DNA of 57,490 bases. Source: a virus (lineage: Duplodnaviria > Caudoviricetes). The stretch is from IMG/VR virus record IMGVR_UViG_3300010376_000038, positions 1-57,490 of that record; one strand, given 5' to 3'. Below the pieces are notes generated by a model. The model was not told the DNA's origin, did no database searches, and saw nothing but the letters and a program-made list of their open reading frames with translations. The position numbers were made by a program, and so were the translations under genes. Positions 35,848 through 44,258 of this stretch are shown in pieces; position 1 is the stretch's first letter, and each line of letters starts with the position of its first letter.

Positions 35848-36340
35848 ATGCCGTCTCCTGGCCCTGGCCGAACGAGGCCGTCCGACCGGGCGTCGAGGGC
35901 ACGATCCGGCCCTGGTGGTAGGGCGGGACAGGCGACTCGGTGGGCACCTTCATGCTGGGCGAGACCGTGAGCCTGCTGTTGGCAAGCTCTGGCCCGCCAC
36001 GGGTACGGGGTGGATGAGGCTCAGCCTGGACTCCTGAAGCGACACCGCTGGCGAAGGCTCGGTTGTCCCCCAGAGGGGGGCCTGACCTGCCATAGGCGTC
36101 GGTCGGGTAGTCGAGGGTGTCAGGGACACCCTTCAGATGTCCCCCGGATCCCAGGTAGCGACCGCCTGCGATGGGAACTTGCGCGTTCCCACTGGCTGTC
36201 GCCTCAGCAGCGGAGAGGGCAGCTTCCCCTCCGGGTGAGCCTGCGTACGGGGGATTCCACTGTTCGGCCATGCCCAGGTGGCTGCTGGGTGCTCCCATCC
36301 GACGACGGGCGGAAGCCCCTACTTTGCGTGGATCTGCCAT
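35837..36340 (-). CDS. Gly/Pro-rich hypothetical protein
   Basis: TAGGCT 7 nt upstream of ATG. Confidence 0.68.
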   Translation of the reverse strand: MADPRKVGASARRRMGAPSSHLGMAEQWNPPYAGSPGGEAALSAAEATASGNAQVPIAGGRYLGSGGHLKGVPDTLDYPTDAYGRSGPPLGDNRAFASGVASGVQAEPHPPRTRGGPELANSRLTVSPSMKVPTESPVPPYHQGRIVPSTPGRTASFGQGQETAYAG

Positions 36341-36361
36341 GCCCGCAAGCCTAGGTCGGGG

Positions 36362-36958
36362 CTACTTCCCCACCCTGACCAGCCGCCTGGTGAAGGTCGG
36401 ATCGAACTCGGTGCGTCCCTCCAAGGCATCCACCACCGACACCTGGAAGGCGGGCATCTCGGGCCTGACGTCACAGGCATAGGCGATCCGGGCCAGGACA
36501 TACGCCTCCGCGACGTTGGTGTCGTCAAAATCCATACTCCACCGCTTGAGCACTTCCTTGGGGATCATTTCCTTCTTGGTGTTCCCGTTGCCGCTGGCGA
36601 ACTTCTTCAGTTGCTGGGGGGCGACCAGGACGGGGTAGGCCCTGCGGTCCTGGGGATCGAACTGGGAGAGGATCGCCAGCTTGAGCGCGGCCCCCACCTC
36701 CCCACTGGCGTGCTGGCCGTACTTCTCGGCCATGCTGTACGCCTCCATGGCGATGCCCTTGATGCAGCCCTGGAGGTCGTCGCGGGCCAGCTTGAGGAAC
36801 TCCTGGCCGATCTCGTTCATGAGTCGCCGGAGCCGTAGTACCCCCTTGGGCATGGTGCCCTTGGGCTTCCAGACGCTGACGAGTCCCCTGGTAGGAGACC
36901 AGGCCACCATGGCGCAGTTCTTGCTGCCAGGGTCGATACCGATGTACAGGTCGATCAA
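36362..36958 (-). CDS. ruvC: RuvC-like Holliday junction resolvase
   Basis: YIGIDPG, AMEAYS, P.QLKKFASG.GN..K, DTNVAEA. Confidence 0.88.
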   Translation of the reverse strand: MIDLYIGIDPGSKNCAMVAWSPTRGLVSVWKPKGTMPKGVLRLRRLMNEIGQEFLKLARDDLQGCIKGIAMEAYSMAEKYGQHASGEVGAALKLAILSQFDPQDRRAYPVLVAPQQLKKFASGNGNTKKEMIPKEVLKRWSMDFDDTNVAEAYVLARIAYACDVRPEMPAFQVSVVDALEGRTEFDPTFTRRLVRVGK

Positions 36959-37146
36959 GTGACAGCCATGCCTCTCTCCTGTTTCATTCGTTTCAATGCA
37001 TGGGTCTGGTGAATCTGCTCGGCATGCCGCTGCACCATGGCCTCAAAGCGCTCAGGACGCACTTCGGTCTCGTGACGGGCGAGATGCTCCTCCAGGTGGG
37101 AGCGGGCCTTCTCCAGAGCATCGAGGAACTCCCGACTGCGACTCAC
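36955..37146 (-). CDS. Hypothetical protein
   Basis: 63-aa ORF coupled to ruvC. Confidence 0.55.
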   Translation of the reverse strand: MSRSREFLDALEKARSHLEEHLARHETEVRPERFEAMVQRHAEQIHQTHALKRMKQERGMAVT

Positions 37147-37348
37147 GGGTCAACCTCTCGATCTCCCGGTTCACGTACCAGGCGGCTTTCCTCAAGTCTT
37201 CCACCCGGCTCACCCCGTCCTTGAGACCGGCCCGCCAGAGGTACTTGATCGAGTTGCCCACGTTGAAGTTGTACGCCTCCACGATGTCGATGCACTCCAC
37301 CCCGGAGGGGTGCTCGTTGTAGTGAGCCGGGTGGTCGACAGTGCTCAC
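37052..37348 (-). CDS. DUF3310 (SaV-like) protein
   Basis: VDHPAHY, VECIDIV, FNVGNSIKYLWRAG.K, EDLRKAAWYV. Confidence 0.88.
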   Translation of the reverse strand: MSTVDHPAHYNEHPSGVECIDIVEAYNFNVGNSIKYLWRAGLKDGVSRVEDLRKAAWYVNREIERLTRESQSGVPRCSGEGPLPPGGASRPSRDRSAS

Positions 37349-37488
37349 TGCATTTTCTTCCGGTGCTGACGCGCCCAGGCGTTGCACCAGCGGCGTGAAC
37401 CCCGTACCCAGCCGCAGCCTGAGATCAGGCAGTAGGCCGTCGCCTGCTTGCCTTTTCCTTTCACTACGACGTCATGGATCTCAGCCAT
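37345..37488 (-). CDS. Small basic Cys/His protein (47 aa), not in the ORF track
   Basis: MAEIHDVVVKGKGKQATAYCLISGCGWVRGSRRWCNAWARQHRKKMQ; overlaps both neighbours. Confidence 0.6.
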   Translation of the reverse strand: MAEIHDVVVKGKGKQATAYCLISGCGWVRGSRRWCNAWARQHRKKMQ

Positions 37489-37645
37489 CCTTCGCCAGCC
37501 GCACTACCACCGAGTCCCCCGGCCCTTGCAGTTGCTGCTTCAGGGACGTCTGGAGGTGAATAAAACACACCACGTCCTCCCCCACTTCGTACATGGCTTT
37601 ATTCGTGCAGGCCCCCTTCTTGGTCTGTCCGCTACATGCAATCAT
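37481..37645 (-). CDS. Small zinc-binding protein (54 aa), not in the ORF track
   Basis: MIACSGQTKKGACTNKA...VCFIH; ATGA coupling, GAGGAG RBS. Confidence 0.65.
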   Translation of the reverse strand: MIACSGQTKKGACTNKAMYEVGEDVVCFIHLQTSLKQQLQGPGDSVVVRLAKDG

Positions 37646-38217
37646 GGTGCTCCTCTGTCTGCTCGTCGGTATCCAGGTGACTTGGCATCGGTGCGCCGGG
37701 TCAACTCACGGCTTAGCACGGCGGCGTCCCGCTCAGCGGCGTCGAAGAGCATCCCCTTCAGCTTCCGCCTGGCGTAATAGAGCTTGAGTGCGTCTCTCGC
37801 GGCACGAATATCCGGGTCGGTCTCCATCTGCGCCCGCACCCAGGTGACAGCTTCGCTCGCCTTCTCAGGACGATTGCGTGTGAGGTACAGCCCCTCCAGG
37901 CGTCGGACTTCCATTTCTGCATGGTGCTCAAATATCTCCTCGATAGCCAACTGGTTCTGAAAAAAATCACACCACCGGGTGAAGGCCACGAACAGGTTCA
38001 TCAACTGCTTGTCAGTCAGGTCATCGATGTCTGGCTCCAGCTTGGGTAGCTCACCATCCGGTGCAGCAGGCTCCTCAATCCCCAGATCGCGATAGACGTC
38101 GTGTCGGTACCCGGTTATTTTTTTGGCCCATTCCGACGTCTGACGCAGATCCAGTGGGGGTTTGCGCCGGATCCGACGCCCCGCGTCTGACGAGGACACG
38201 TCCTCTTCCGTTTGCAT
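37642..38217 (-). CDS. Helical protein next to the exonuclease, possibly a recombination mediator
   Basis: GAGGAG RBS before ATG 38217; coiled-coil character, SRELTRR. Confidence 0.68.
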   Translation of the reverse strand: MQTEEDVSSSDAGRRIRRKPPLDLRQTSEWAKKITGYRHDVYRDLGIEEPAAPDGELPKLEPDIDDLTDKQLMNLFVAFTRWCDFFQNQLAIEEIFEHHAEMEVRRLEGLYLTRNRPEKASEAVTWVRAQMETDPDIRAARDALKLYYARRKLKGMLFDAAERDAAVLSRELTRRTDAKSPGYRRADRGAP

Positions 38218-39127
38218 TTTTCTCCTCATAGCTCTGACAGTCGGCGCACCCCCCGAAGGGGCAGCGTGGTATAGGGCCACCCTGGAGCGCCATGGTGATT
38301 CGACTGCACTGGTCTAGCCGATCAACGATGCGCTCTTCCCTGTACTTGACGATCATCTCCTTTACCTTCTGGTTCCACTTGCATTCATACAGGAAGAGCA
38401 CTTCGGTGTACTTGCGGCTCATGTAGCAGTACAGATCGCCCTGTCGGACGTGTGAGGGGAATGGATGCCGGATGGAATCCCACAGCCCGTCGTAGTCCAA
38501 GAACGTGCGGGATTTTCCGTTGATGTTGAAGTTGAACGTATGATCCTTGATCAGGCCAGGGGCTTCAAAGCGCAGTGTCCCCAGGCCCACGCTCTTGATC
38601 TCGATGACGGGGCCGTCCCAGGTGTCCAGGCCATCGGCGTGCCCAGCCATGGTCAGGTTCTGGTTGAACAGGGGCACCTCGTGGTAGGTCAGGGCTTGGC
38701 GACCCCGGTGACACTTCTCGCACTCCTGGGGGGCTACGGCAGGGAAGGCGTAGTGACACTCCCGGCAATAAAATGTGCCCGCCAACCGCCCCAGATCCCA
38801 GATTCTTTTTTGCCACTTGGCATGGATCTCCTTGCCCTCATCGAAGACCATCTGTAGCTGCCAGTAGCTACCTGCCTGCGTTGAGACGGCCTGGCGACCG
38901 GACAGCCGGTAGTAACTCGCCCTGGGGCACCAGTCCGAATGGCTGATCTCCGATGGGTGCAGTGCGTCGGTTCGCAGCCCGTCCTGAGCGCCAGGCTGCA
39001 ATAAGAGCCTTTGAATATCGCCAAGGAGTCGGGTCTCCCGCTTGGTCGTCTCTAATAACGCTCGCAAACTCTTGTCGATCACTGGACGATGAGGCGATGA
39101 CCTTCCCGGCTTGGATAGCCGCGTCAC
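38075..39127 (-). CDS. Cas4-like PD-(D/E)XK exonuclease
   Basis: LHPSE...WCP, GHADG..IEIKS, QGDLY, terminal C...C..C; GTG start overlaps the resolvase stop. Confidence 0.85.
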   Translation of the reverse strand: MTRLSKPGRSSPHRPVIDKSLRALLETTKRETRLLGDIQRLLLQPGAQDGLRTDALHPSEISHSDWCPRASYYRLSGRQAVSTQAGSYWQLQMVFDEGKEIHAKWQKRIWDLGRLAGTFYCRECHYAFPAVAPQECEKCHRGRQALTYHEVPLFNQNLTMAGHADGLDTWDGPVIEIKSVGLGTLRFEAPGLIKDHTFNFNINGKSRTFLDYDGLWDSIRHPFPSHVRQGDLYCYMSRKYTEVLFLYECKWNQKVKEMIVKYREERIVDRLDQCSRITMALQGGPIPRCPFGGCADCQSYEEKNANGRGRVLVRRGASDPAQTPTGSASDVGMGQKNNRVPTRRLSRSGD

Positions 39128-39404
39128 GATGCCTCTGGCGTTTGATCCGGCGACGTTCCCTTTCGCTGGTTCCGCCCCAGACGCCCCACCGCTCCCCGTT
39201 CTCGATTGCGTAGTCGAGGCACGCCTGGAGGACTGGGCAGACACCGGGGTGCTCGGGGTGCGTCCCTAGACATACCGACCTTGCCTCCTGCACCTGGGTG
39301 TTGTTGTGCTGATGGTCGGAGTAGAACAGGTTTCCGGGTAGCCCTCTGCACTTGGCGTGATCGAGCCACCGGGGCCAGATCCTCTCGTAGATCGCTGGGA
39401 GCAC
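38868..39404 (-). CDS. whiB: WhiB-family transcription factor (overlaps both neighbours)
   Basis: W...AKC...LFY...ARSVC...CPVLQACLDYA...WGVWGGTSERERR; start uncertain (GTG 39404 chosen). Confidence 0.85.
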   Translation of the reverse strand: MLPAIYERIWPRWLDHAKCRGLPGNLFYSDHQHNNTQVQEARSVCLGTHPEHPGVCPVLQACLDYAIENGERWGVWGGTSERERRRIKRQRHRDAAIQAGKVIASSSSDRQEFASVIRDDQAGDPTPWRYSKALIAAWRSGRAANRRTAPIGDQPFGLVPQGELLPAVRSPGRLNAGR

Positions 39405-39729
39405 CTGGGCCTGGTCGATGTAGAACCAGTTCGTGGTAATCGGGTTCTGGGAGTACGACCCACTCCCTTCCACCAAGCTCAAAGACGAGAACAGGGCAGC
39501 GAGACTCTGCCACGGCGTGGTTGTAGAGATCCCGGAGGTCTGTGAAGAGGAGGGTGATTGAGCGACGGTTATCTGTGCGCTTGAACTCGACAAGTTCTGT
39601 GTCGGTGCGACCGTCGTTCTTACGGTCCCAACGCGCACCAGAACGCGGGTTGCGGACACCGCCAAATCTCTCCATTCCCTTCCGCTCCTGCTGGCGAGAC
39701 AACAGGAGCCGCTGGACCCCCGTCCTCAT
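39124..39729 (-). CDS. PD-(D/E)XK Holliday junction resolvase-like endonuclease with a long C-terminal extension
   Basis: QE..., P.SGA, K.D, VEFKRT, PVLVFEL; ATGA coupling to recA. Confidence 0.75.
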   Translation of the reverse strand: MRTGVQRLLLSRQQERKGMERFGGVRNPRSGARWDRKNDGRTDTELVEFKRTDNRRSITLLFTDLRDLYNHAVAESRCPVLVFELGGREWVVLPEPDYHELVLHRPGPGAPSDLREDLAPVARSRQVQRATRKPVLLRPSAQQHPGAGGKVGMSRDAPRAPRCLPSPPGVPRLRNRERGAVGRLGRNQRKGTSPDQTPEAS

Positions 39730-40820
39730 GCTGTCGCCTTCGTCCTCGCTAGACGTCGCGGGGAGGGGCGGGACTCCTCGTGGCGTGTGCCCTTCACTAC
39801 GTGGTTCTGCACAGCATCACGCAGCTTCGCCTGCAACGTCAAGTCCCATCGTGCCTGTTCTTCCAGCGCGGCCCTCCCATGCCAGGACTCGGTGCCCAGG
39901 TGGTAGTAGCTGCCCTTGACCTGGAAGATGTCGTAGAGCAGGCCCAGTGTGATCAACTCCTTCGCCAGGTCATACGATCCGGGTGAGATTCCGGCCTCGT
40001 TGTGGTCGAAGTAGAAGTCGAAGACGGCCACCCGCTCCGGGGGGTAGCTCTTGTTCTTCTTGGTCAGGGCCTTGATGGTGATGCCCACCTTGCGCTGGTT
40101 CTTCCGGTCCCCCTCAGTGAGCCACTCGTCCCGCCTCAGTTCCACCCTGGAGGTGAACCAGTAGTTCTTGGCGCGGCCCCCTGGGGTGGTACGGGGGTCA
40201 CCGAAGAGGATCCCGATCTTCTCCCGCCACTGGTTGACAACGAAGCAGGTCACGGCCCGGTCATCCTCCACCAGGCTGCGCTTCATGGCCGTGTAGCTCT
40301 TGCGGAAGAACTTCCCGATGAGCCGCGCCGCCAGGCCCACCTGGGTGTCGTCCATGGTCCCCTCGCCCTCGCTGATGGGGGACAAGGCGGGCATGCTATC
40401 GATCACCAGAACATCGGCGGTTCTGCTCTCCAGAACCGTGATGGCGGCGTTGCACGCCTCCTCTAAGACGTTGGTCTGCATCACCAGGATGCGTTCGACG
40501 TCGCAGCCCAGGAGGGTGGCCCAGGCCGGGACGAACTCCTCTGCCGCCACCCAGAAGGTGACGTGGTCGGGGTTGGTGGTCTGGGCGGCAGCGATGGTCT
40601 TGAGGATCAGAGTGGTCTTACCTGAGGACTCGTCCCCATATAGCTCATGGAAGGCGTTGGTCTGCCAGCCGCCCCCCAGGGCTGTGTCCAGGGCGTAGCT
40701 CCCGGTGGTGATCCTGGGCAGATCGGAGTAACGGATCTGAGACCCCCAGACCACGGTCTCGGGTCCGAACTCTTTGTTGATCTCGGCTATGACCGTGTCG
40801 ATGGGGGCCTTGCTAACCAC
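39726..40820 (-). CDS. recA: RecA/UvsX-like recombinase
   Basis: TGS.ALD.ALGGG, GDESSGKTT, VIDS, NQ.REKIG..FGDP.TTPGG. Confidence 0.95.
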   Translation of the reverse strand: MVSKAPIDTVIAEINKEFGPETVVWGSQIRYSDLPRITTGSYALDTALGGGWQTNAFHELYGDESSGKTTLILKTIAAAQTTNPDHVTFWVAAEEFVPAWATLLGCDVERILVMQTNVLEEACNAAITVLESRTADVLVIDSMPALSPISEGEGTMDDTQVGLAARLIGKFFRKSYTAMKRSLVEDDRAVTCFVVNQWREKIGILFGDPRTTPGGRAKNYWFTSRVELRRDEWLTEGDRKNQRKVGITIKALTKKNKSYPPERVAVFDFYFDHNEAGISPGSYDLAKELITLGLLYDIFQVKGSYYHLGTESWHGRAALEEQARWDLTLQAKLRDAVQNHVVKGTRHEESRPSPRRLARTKATA

Positions 40821-40986
40821 GGTGGGGTCTCCTCTTCTCCAGTTCGTCGGCCCGCCTCTGAGCGGCCTCGCGGCTCTTGAACGGACCCCCTACCAGGGCG
40901 CTGTTGGTGGTGTCGATGACGTAGTAGCTGTTGCCCCGGATCTCTACCTGATAGTGCTGGAGGATCGGGTTCTTACGCCGTGGCAC
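40813..40986 (-). CDS. Small hypothetical protein (57 aa), not in the ORF track
   Basis: MPRRKNPILQHYQVEIRGNSYYVIDTTNSALVGGPFKSREAAQRRADELEKRRPHRG. Confidence 0.65.
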   Translation of the reverse strand: MPRRKNPILQHYQVEIRGNSYYVIDTTNSALVGGPFKSREAAQRRADELEKRRPHRG

Positions 40987-40987
40987 C

Positions 40988-41107
40988 TCACTTCTTCTTG
41001 GCGGCGGTCTTCTTGGCCGGTGCCTTCTTGGCCTTGTCCTTGTCGTCCTCCTTGGATCCGAAGGGCTTGGCCTGCTTGCCCCCGAAGGGAGCCTTCTTCT
41101 CAGCCAT
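40988..41107 (-). CDS. 39-aa Lys/Ala-rich histone-H1-like peptide, not in the ORF track
   Basis: MAEKKAPFGGKQAKPFGSKEDDKDKAKKAPAKKTAAKKK; AAGGAG RBS, TGATG coupling. Confidence 0.72.
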   Translation of the reverse strand: MAEKKAPFGGKQAKPFGSKEDDKDKAKKAPAKKTAAKKK

Positions 41108-41358
41108 CAGCGGTTCTCCTTTTTGTTGTAGCCCTTGGTGGCCTTCTGGGGCTTGGCTTCGCCCCCCTTGGTCATGGCCTTGCCCCCTGACTCACGGGTC
41201 TTGGCCCCCTCGACACCCATGGCATGACGCCGTCCCTTGCCCTGAGCCTGGGCGTTGGAGATGGCAGCCGCCTTGCTCTTGGAAAAACCCTTCTCCTTCA
41301 GAGCCTCATAGCTGTCGGGTTTTTTGACGGACGGGCCGGGATCCTTACCTCCTGGCAT
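41107..41358 (-). CDS. Small basic protein of the GPSVK...YEAL...G.SK.KAA.I.NA type
   Basis: MPGGKDPGPSVKKPDSYEALKEKGFSKSKAAAISNAQ; GGAGG RBS. Confidence 0.75.
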   Translation of the reverse strand: MPGGKDPGPSVKKPDSYEALKEKGFSKSKAAAISNAQAQGKGRRHAMGVEGAKTRESGGKAMTKGGEAKPQKATKGYNKKENR

Positions 41359-41368
41359 GGCACGCCTC

Positions 41369-41872
41369 CTATCTGACGTTGCTCCAGTCGAAATCACTGC
41401 TGGTCAAGCCGGGGTCGGTCTCAAAGTGGGCGTCACCGCGTGGGTTGTCGCTCCTGGAGAACTGCACCGGCCCGGAGGACTTCATGCCGATGGCGTTGAG
41501 CAGGGTGCCTGACTGCTCAAACAGGTCACCGTTGTAGCCGCAGTCAGTGCAGAGTGGAGCCGCTTCGATACCCAGTGGCCCCTTGCGTCGGAACAGGTTG
41601 GAGCCGCCGCAGCTAGGGCAGGCTCCCACCCGACCTGTGTTGGTGGGGGCCTTGTCGACGTATCCCTGGCGGCGTACCCGGTTCCAGTTATCGTCAGAGT
41701 CGCCCTCCGGCTGGGGTGCTTCCACCTCCTGGCGCGGTCCAGTCGGAGGGTACTGCGGTTGCCACCTGACAGCCTTCTGGGGGTACCCAGCGGGCTGGGT
41801 GGCAGGAGCGGGTGCTCTAGGAGAAGGGGCGGCTCCTCCAAGCGCCCGCTCCCACCAACTGACGTCACTCAC
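41369..41872 (-). CDS. Zinc-ribbon protein
   Basis: CPSCGGSN and CTDCGY. Confidence 0.75.
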   Translation of the reverse strand: MSDVSWWERALGGAAPSPRAPAPATQPAGYPQKAVRWQPQYPPTGPRQEVEAPQPEGDSDDNWNRVRRQGYVDKAPTNTGRVGACPSCGGSNLFRRKGPLGIEAAPLCTDCGYNGDLFEQSGTLLNAIGMKSSGPVQFSRSDNPRGDAHFETDPGLTSSDFDWSNVR

Positions 41873-44244
41873 TTCGCTTCGCTCCAGTTCATGCCGACAC
41901 CGATGTTGACCTCCAGGGGCACATCGAGGACTGGCCGGTCACCCAGGCGGATGTCCTCCATGGCCTCCCTGATAAACGGTATGGCGTCGACCACCTCTGC
42001 CTTGTCGCACTCGATCACGAACTCGTCGTGGATCTGGAGCACCAGGGCGGCGTGGAACTCCTGGAGAGCCTGGTGGACCCGCACGATGGCGAGCTTGGCT
42101 ATGTCGGCAGCCGTGCCCTGGATGGGGTGGTTGACGGCCTGGCGCTCGGCGTAGTGCCGGTCAGCGGGTACTGGGGAGGCGATGTCCTTGAGCCGCCTCT
42201 TGCGCCCGTACAGGGTCTCCACGTAGCCGTGGTGGAGACAGAACCGCTTCTGCTCGGCACCCCATCGCTTGACGCCGGGGTAGGCCCGGTGCCAGGCGTC
42301 GTAGACCTTCTCGGCCTCACGCATGGAGATGCCTGACATCTCCACCACCCGGCCAGGCCCGCCCTCAAAGGCGAAGTTGAAGTTGCTGTTCTTGGCGATG
42401 GCCCGCTGCTCAGGATTGACCTGCTCCTGGGGCACCTTGTAGATCAGGCTGGCCGTCTGGGTGTGCAGGTCGAGACCGTGGGTGTAGGCGTACATCAGGA
42501 GCTTGTCCCTGGTCTGGTGGGCCAGGATCCGTAGCTCGATCTGGGAGTAGTCGGCCACGATCAGGACACGTCCCGGTGGGGCGATGAAGAGTTGCCGTAT
42601 CAGCGTGGACTCAACGGTCTCTTTGTATCGGGCGGGGATGTTCTGGAGGTTGGGCTGGCTGCACGAAAGCCTGCCCGTTCGGGCAACGGCCTGGTTGAAG
42701 CTGGCCCGGATGCGCGAGTCGTCCTCGATGGCAGGAATGAACCCGGCCACATAGGTGCTGAGCAGCTTGTTCACGTCCTTATAGGCCAGGATCTGGCGGG
42801 GGGCCTTGTGACGGCGGGCCAGGGTCTTTAGGGCGTTGGCAGCCGTCGAGCGCTGCCCGGTCTCGGTCATCCACAGGCAGGGCAGCTTCAGTTCGTCATA
42901 GAGGAATCGACCCAACTGCTGGGTGCTGTTCAGGTTGATGGGGTGGCCCACCATCTCGCGGATGTCATCCCCGATCTCGGTCAACTGGGTCTCCAGCTTG
43001 GGCCGGAGGGTCCGGAAGCCCTCGATGTCGACGTAGGCCCCCTGCTGACGCATGTGGAGTAGTACCCGAAGAACCCTCATCTCCAGGTCGAACAAGGCAC
43101 CCAGCTTGGGCTTGTCTTCCAGGATGTGGTGGAGCTTCCACCACAGCATCCAGGCCATCTTGGCGTCGGTGATGGAGTAGTTCATGGCCCGTCGCCAGGA
43201 GACGTTGTACGCCTCCTCACCCAGCTTCTCCGAGTAGGTGAAGCCGATGTAGTGCTTGGTGAGATCGCCCAGCTTGTAGGACCGCAGGTTCTCGTTGATC
43301 AGGAAGATCATCGTCATGATGTCGGCGTACGGGCCTGGTGGGATCTGGCCGTAGTACTTGCTGATTGACAGCAGGTCAAAGCCCACGTTCTGGTTGATCT
43401 TGCGCCGGTCTGAAAAAAACAGGGGACGTAGCGCATCGAAAACGTCGGCCCTATTTAGCTGAGATCGTTTGTCCGGATGGCCCATGGGTATGACATGGGA
43501 CACCCCCGGACCAGCGAGTGAAACACACCAGACCTCGTTGGTCCGGGCGTCCAGGGCGGGCTTGTCCTTGTCCACTGCCTTCCGGCACAGATCGGAGCAG
43601 TAGGTGCGTCTCCTGGAGGGGATCGGAGTGCCACAGGCCAGACATGGAGTCGTCTGCTCCCCGTACCGCGACAGCACCCGGCGAGCCGGGGTCAGCATGC
43701 GGACCCGCCGACCACCACGAGTCTCCACGTCGAATGAGAACTCTGAGAAGCCGGAGTAGATCTCCACCACCTCGTGTAGCTGCCTGTCGGTGGTGACCGC
43801 CAGGATGGGGCCACAACCCCGCTCTACGGCCTTACGTGGCGGTGGAGGCTTGGACTCGTCCAGTCCCTCCACCCAGGAGTGGAACGCCTTGTAGAGCGCC
43901 CTGCGCCCGATCTGGGCCTCCAGGCAGCGCTCGATGTCAGGGCGGGACGGCTGGGGCTGGCCCATCCGGTTCCACTTCTCTTCCACCGCGTCAGCGATAG
44001 CGATGTCCTCATCGGTGAAGGTGTGGCCCCCGTGGGTGCCCTCCTTCTCCTCTGTGCGGTGCTTGCCGTCGTGATCGGCCTCCAGGATGCACTCCCAGGT
44101 GTCGCGGCCATAGCTCCAGACGTTGTTGGTGCCCCTGGGCACCCGGTAGCGCGCCCTGCACCTGGGGCGCGGGGTGGAGGAAGAGGATCGGGCTGGGGAC
44201 CGATCCTCTTCCCTTTCCGACACGAGAGCGGGTCGAGCCTGCAC
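41869..44244 (-). CDS. polA: Family A DNA polymerase with 3'-5' exonuclease
   Basis: ExoI FDVET, NVGFD, TGRLSC..PNLQNIP, ADYSQIELR, R.IAK..NF, N.PIQGTAAD, QIHDE; start uncertain. Confidence 0.95.
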   Translation of the reverse strand: MQARPALVSEREEDRSPARSSSSTPRPRCRARYRVPRGTNNVWSYGRDTWECILEADHDGKHRTEEKEGTHGGHTFTDEDIAIADAVEEKWNRMGQPQPSRPDIERCLEAQIGRRALYKAFHSWVEGLDESKPPPPRKAVERGCGPILAVTTDRQLHEVVEIYSGFSEFSFDVETRGGRRVRMLTPARRVLSRYGEQTTPCLACGTPIPSRRRTYCSDLCRKAVDKDKPALDARTNEVWCVSLAGPGVSHVIPMGHPDKRSQLNRADVFDALRPLFFSDRRKINQNVGFDLLSISKYYGQIPPGPYADIMTMIFLINENLRSYKLGDLTKHYIGFTYSEKLGEEAYNVSWRRAMNYSITDAKMAWMLWWKLHHILEDKPKLGALFDLEMRVLRVLLHMRQQGAYVDIEGFRTLRPKLETQLTEIGDDIREMVGHPINLNSTQQLGRFLYDELKLPCLWMTETGQRSTAANALKTLARRHKAPRQILAYKDVNKLLSTYVAGFIPAIEDDSRIRASFNQAVARTGRLSCSQPNLQNIPARYKETVESTLIRQLFIAPPGRVLIVADYSQIELRILAHQTRDKLLMYAYTHGLDLHTQTASLIYKVPQEQVNPEQRAIAKNSNFNFAFEGGPGRVVEMSGISMREAEKVYDAWHRAYPGVKRWGAEQKRFCLHHGYVETLYGRKRRLKDIASPVPADRHYAERQAVNHPIQGTAADIAKLAIVRVHQALQEFHAALVLQIHDEFVIECDKAEVVDAIPFIREAMEDIRLGDRPVLDVPLEVNIGVGMNWSEAK

Positions 44245-44258
44245 CCCCGTTCGGACCC

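Noticed and set aside
38075-39127. CRISPR-Cas locus
   Set aside because: Solo Cas4-like nuclease in a recombination operon; no repeat-spacer array or other cas genes
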